Position numbers and translations under genes: made by a program
Notes under the pieces: generated by a model
Told to the model about the DNA's origin: nothing
The model's database searches: none
The model's input: only the letters and a program-made list of their open reading frames with translations
DNA from: Azolla caroliniana
Lineage: Eukaryota > Plantae > Polypodiophyta
DNA length: 64,000 nucleotides
Direction: 5' to 3'
Assembly: GCA_043228905.1 (NCBI GenBank)
Contig: JBHGNT010000015.1
Location: 12,214,001 to 12,278,000, forward strand
Shown: piece after piece, positions 62,168 to 64,000 of the stretch
Layout of the letters: every line of letters begins with the position of its first letter
Position numbering within the stretch: the first letter of the stretch is position 1

Positions 62168-64000
62168 TGTAAAGAATCAAGAGATAGATTCTTGTGAAGA
62201 GGAATAGGTGTGAAATGTGTGTGTGTGTGAGATAGAGAGAGAGAGACAAAGTATACGCAAGGTTAAATATATTAGCAAAGGAGAAAGACTCAACATTTTA
62301 CAAGGTGGGAGGAGGGTGGTTTATGTAGTTACCCTCTCTCTTCATTAACTACAAGACTCATGGAGCATGGGGAATGTGAAAGCTCATAAGTTATGTGTCA
62401 TAGAATATGATTCTATGACTCATACTAAATGCTAGAATACAAAGTGGTGACATAATGGTGACTCTTGACTGTTGGAGTGTCTCTTCACTCTCAAGGTGAG
62501 TTCACCACTAGACCAAGTTGAGCTTGATTCTCAACACACCCCCTCAAGCTCAAGTCGGGTCGGTTTCAGACGGTATCTGACATCCGCTTCAATTCACGTT
62601 CGGGAGTCTGCGTCGACTTGCGTCGACTCGCTTTATGCGAAGTTGCGGAATCCGTGCTGCTCTAGCTTGCATTGTGCGTAGTTACGAAGTCTGTGCTTCG
62701 GCTTGCGTCTTTCTTCGCGGCTTTGCGCGGTAGATCAGCTCTTTGCTGCTACGGTGTGTGGTTGCGGAATCTACACGTTATTGCGTAGTGTCTTCAGTAC
62801 TCCCCCTCAAGCTTGGCAAATCCGGGATCGTCAATCCGAGATCGGTCATGAATTGCCATAGCTTGTCGGCTCCTAAGGCTTTAGTGAAGAGGTCGGCCGT
62901 TTGAAGATTGGTGCTTATGTGTTGTAGGTCGACATCGCCAGCCAGAACGCGCTCTTGGATGAAGTGATAGTGCACTTCGATGTGCTTTGTCTGTGCGTGG
63001 AACACCGGGTTCCGAGCCATATAGATACTGCTCATGTTGTCGCAGTAAAGGGAAGTCGGATCCTTGATGGGTACGCCCAGATCTTTCAAAATCCTCTTGA
63101 GCCATATGGCTTCACACACAGCTACGGCTGCGCCCCTGTATTCCGCCTCCGTACTTGAAAGAGCAACGGTAGTCTGCTTCTTGCTACTCCAGGATATTGC
63201 TCCGCTGCCGAGGGAGAAAACAAATCCGGAGGTTGATCTTCTATCGGCTTTGTAGCTGGCCCAATCGGCGTCGGTGTACCCCTCGAGTCGTATTGGCATC
63301 GCGGTCTTGTAGAGGATGCCGCAATCCATTGTGCCACTCACGTATCGTAGAACTCGCTTAGCGCAATCCAAGCGAGTATCACGCGATGTTTGCATGAATT
63401 GGCTAAGGAGGCCAACCGGATAACTGAGATCGGGTCGTGTGATCGTGAGGTAGATGAGACTCCCGATGAGTTGCCGATACTGAGTCGGCTCACACGCTTT
63501 GGTGCCGGAGTGCGCATCTAGTTTGAGATTACGATCGAGCAGGGTTGCTACGGATTTGCACTCAGCCATCCCGAACTTGTATAACAAGTTGAGGATGTAG
63601 TGCCGTTGAGAGATCATGATTCTGGCCGGAGTCCAAATTACCTCGATGCCGAGGAAGTAGTGGAGCTCCTTCATGTCCGTCATCTCGAACTTGTCGGAGA
63701 GGAGGGTTTTGACTTTATTGATGTTGACGAGATGCTCACCTCCAATGACTAGGTCATCCACATATAAAATGATGACGATCGGACTTGCGGAATCGCTTTG
63801 TATGTAGAGGGAGTTGTCCGATTTTGACATACGAAAGCCGATTTGATGAAGATATTGCGTTATCTTCGAATGCCAAGCACGCGGTGCTTGCTTGAGGCCG
63901 TAGAGTGGCTTCTTGAGTCGGCATACAACTTTTGGATGAGTGCTCGAGTTGAAGCCGGGTGGTTGGATCATGTACACCTCCTCTTCTAATTCGCCTTGTA
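62168..64000 (-). mobile_element. Younger Copia element, 3' part (3' LTR 62168-62536; continues beyond window)
   Basis: PPT GAGGGGGTG then TGTTGAGAATC...TCTTTACA. Inserted into the 60469-62167 element. Confidence 0.9.
62778..64000 (-). CDS. pol: Copia pol C-terminal part (RT + RNase H), open frame
   Basis: LYGLKQAPRAW, YVDDL, TRPDL, YTDADWA, SSTEAEY, ADLFTK, SLRGS. Confidence 0.92.
   Translation of the reverse strand, partial: QGELEEEVYMIQPPGFNSSTHPKVVCRLKKPLYGLKQAPRAWHSKITQYLHQIGFRMSKSDNSLYIQSDSASPIVIILYVDDLVIGGEHLVNINKVKTLLSDKFEMTDMKELHYFLGIEVIWTPARIMISQRHYILNLLYKFGMAECKSVATLLDRNLKLDAHSGTKACEPTQYRQLIGSLIYLTITRPDLSYPVGLLSQFMQTSRDTRLDCAKRVLRYVSGTMDCGILYKTAMPIRLEGYTDADWASYKADRRSTSGFVFSLGSGAISWSSKKQTTVALSSTEAEYRGAAVAVCEAIWLKRILKDLGVPIKDPTSLYCDNMSSIYMARNPVFHAQTKHIEVHYHFIQERVLAGDVDLQHISTNLQTADLFTKALGADKLWQFMTDLGLTIPDLPSLRGSTEDTTQ

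Overview
Land-plant genomic DNA (probably a seed-free plant; inference only), mostly nested transposable elements. It holds one intact host gene, a 7-exon, 307-aa syntaxin-81 (SYP81, minus strand, 16116-21162), and a decayed two-exon ATG7 fragment. The dominant feature is one Ty3/Gypsy lineage with eight insertions: three pol-type elements (one running off the window), two Gag-only non-autonomous elements, two solo LTRs and one truncated LTR. Its members have TGTCG...CGACA termini and a tRNA-Trp primer-binding site. They share a hairpin before an atypical PPT, and the two pol-type copies whose junction lies in the window have a G_GAT_TTT-TAG -1 frameshift signal between gag-pro and pol. The most striking pattern is that they integrate at CpG-centred ACGT sites: four elements have a 4-bp ACGT duplication, and nearly all other ends fit a CpG-centred site. 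Several LTRs of the non-autonomous and solo group carry a tRNA-like Pol III A/B-box cassette near the LTR 5' end. Also present are two RTE-X-like LINE copies nested reciprocally with the Gypsy family, many degenerate Copia remnants, two unrelated solo LTRs with 5-bp TSDs, and hAT-type MITEs. All coordinates and comparisons were read by eye.
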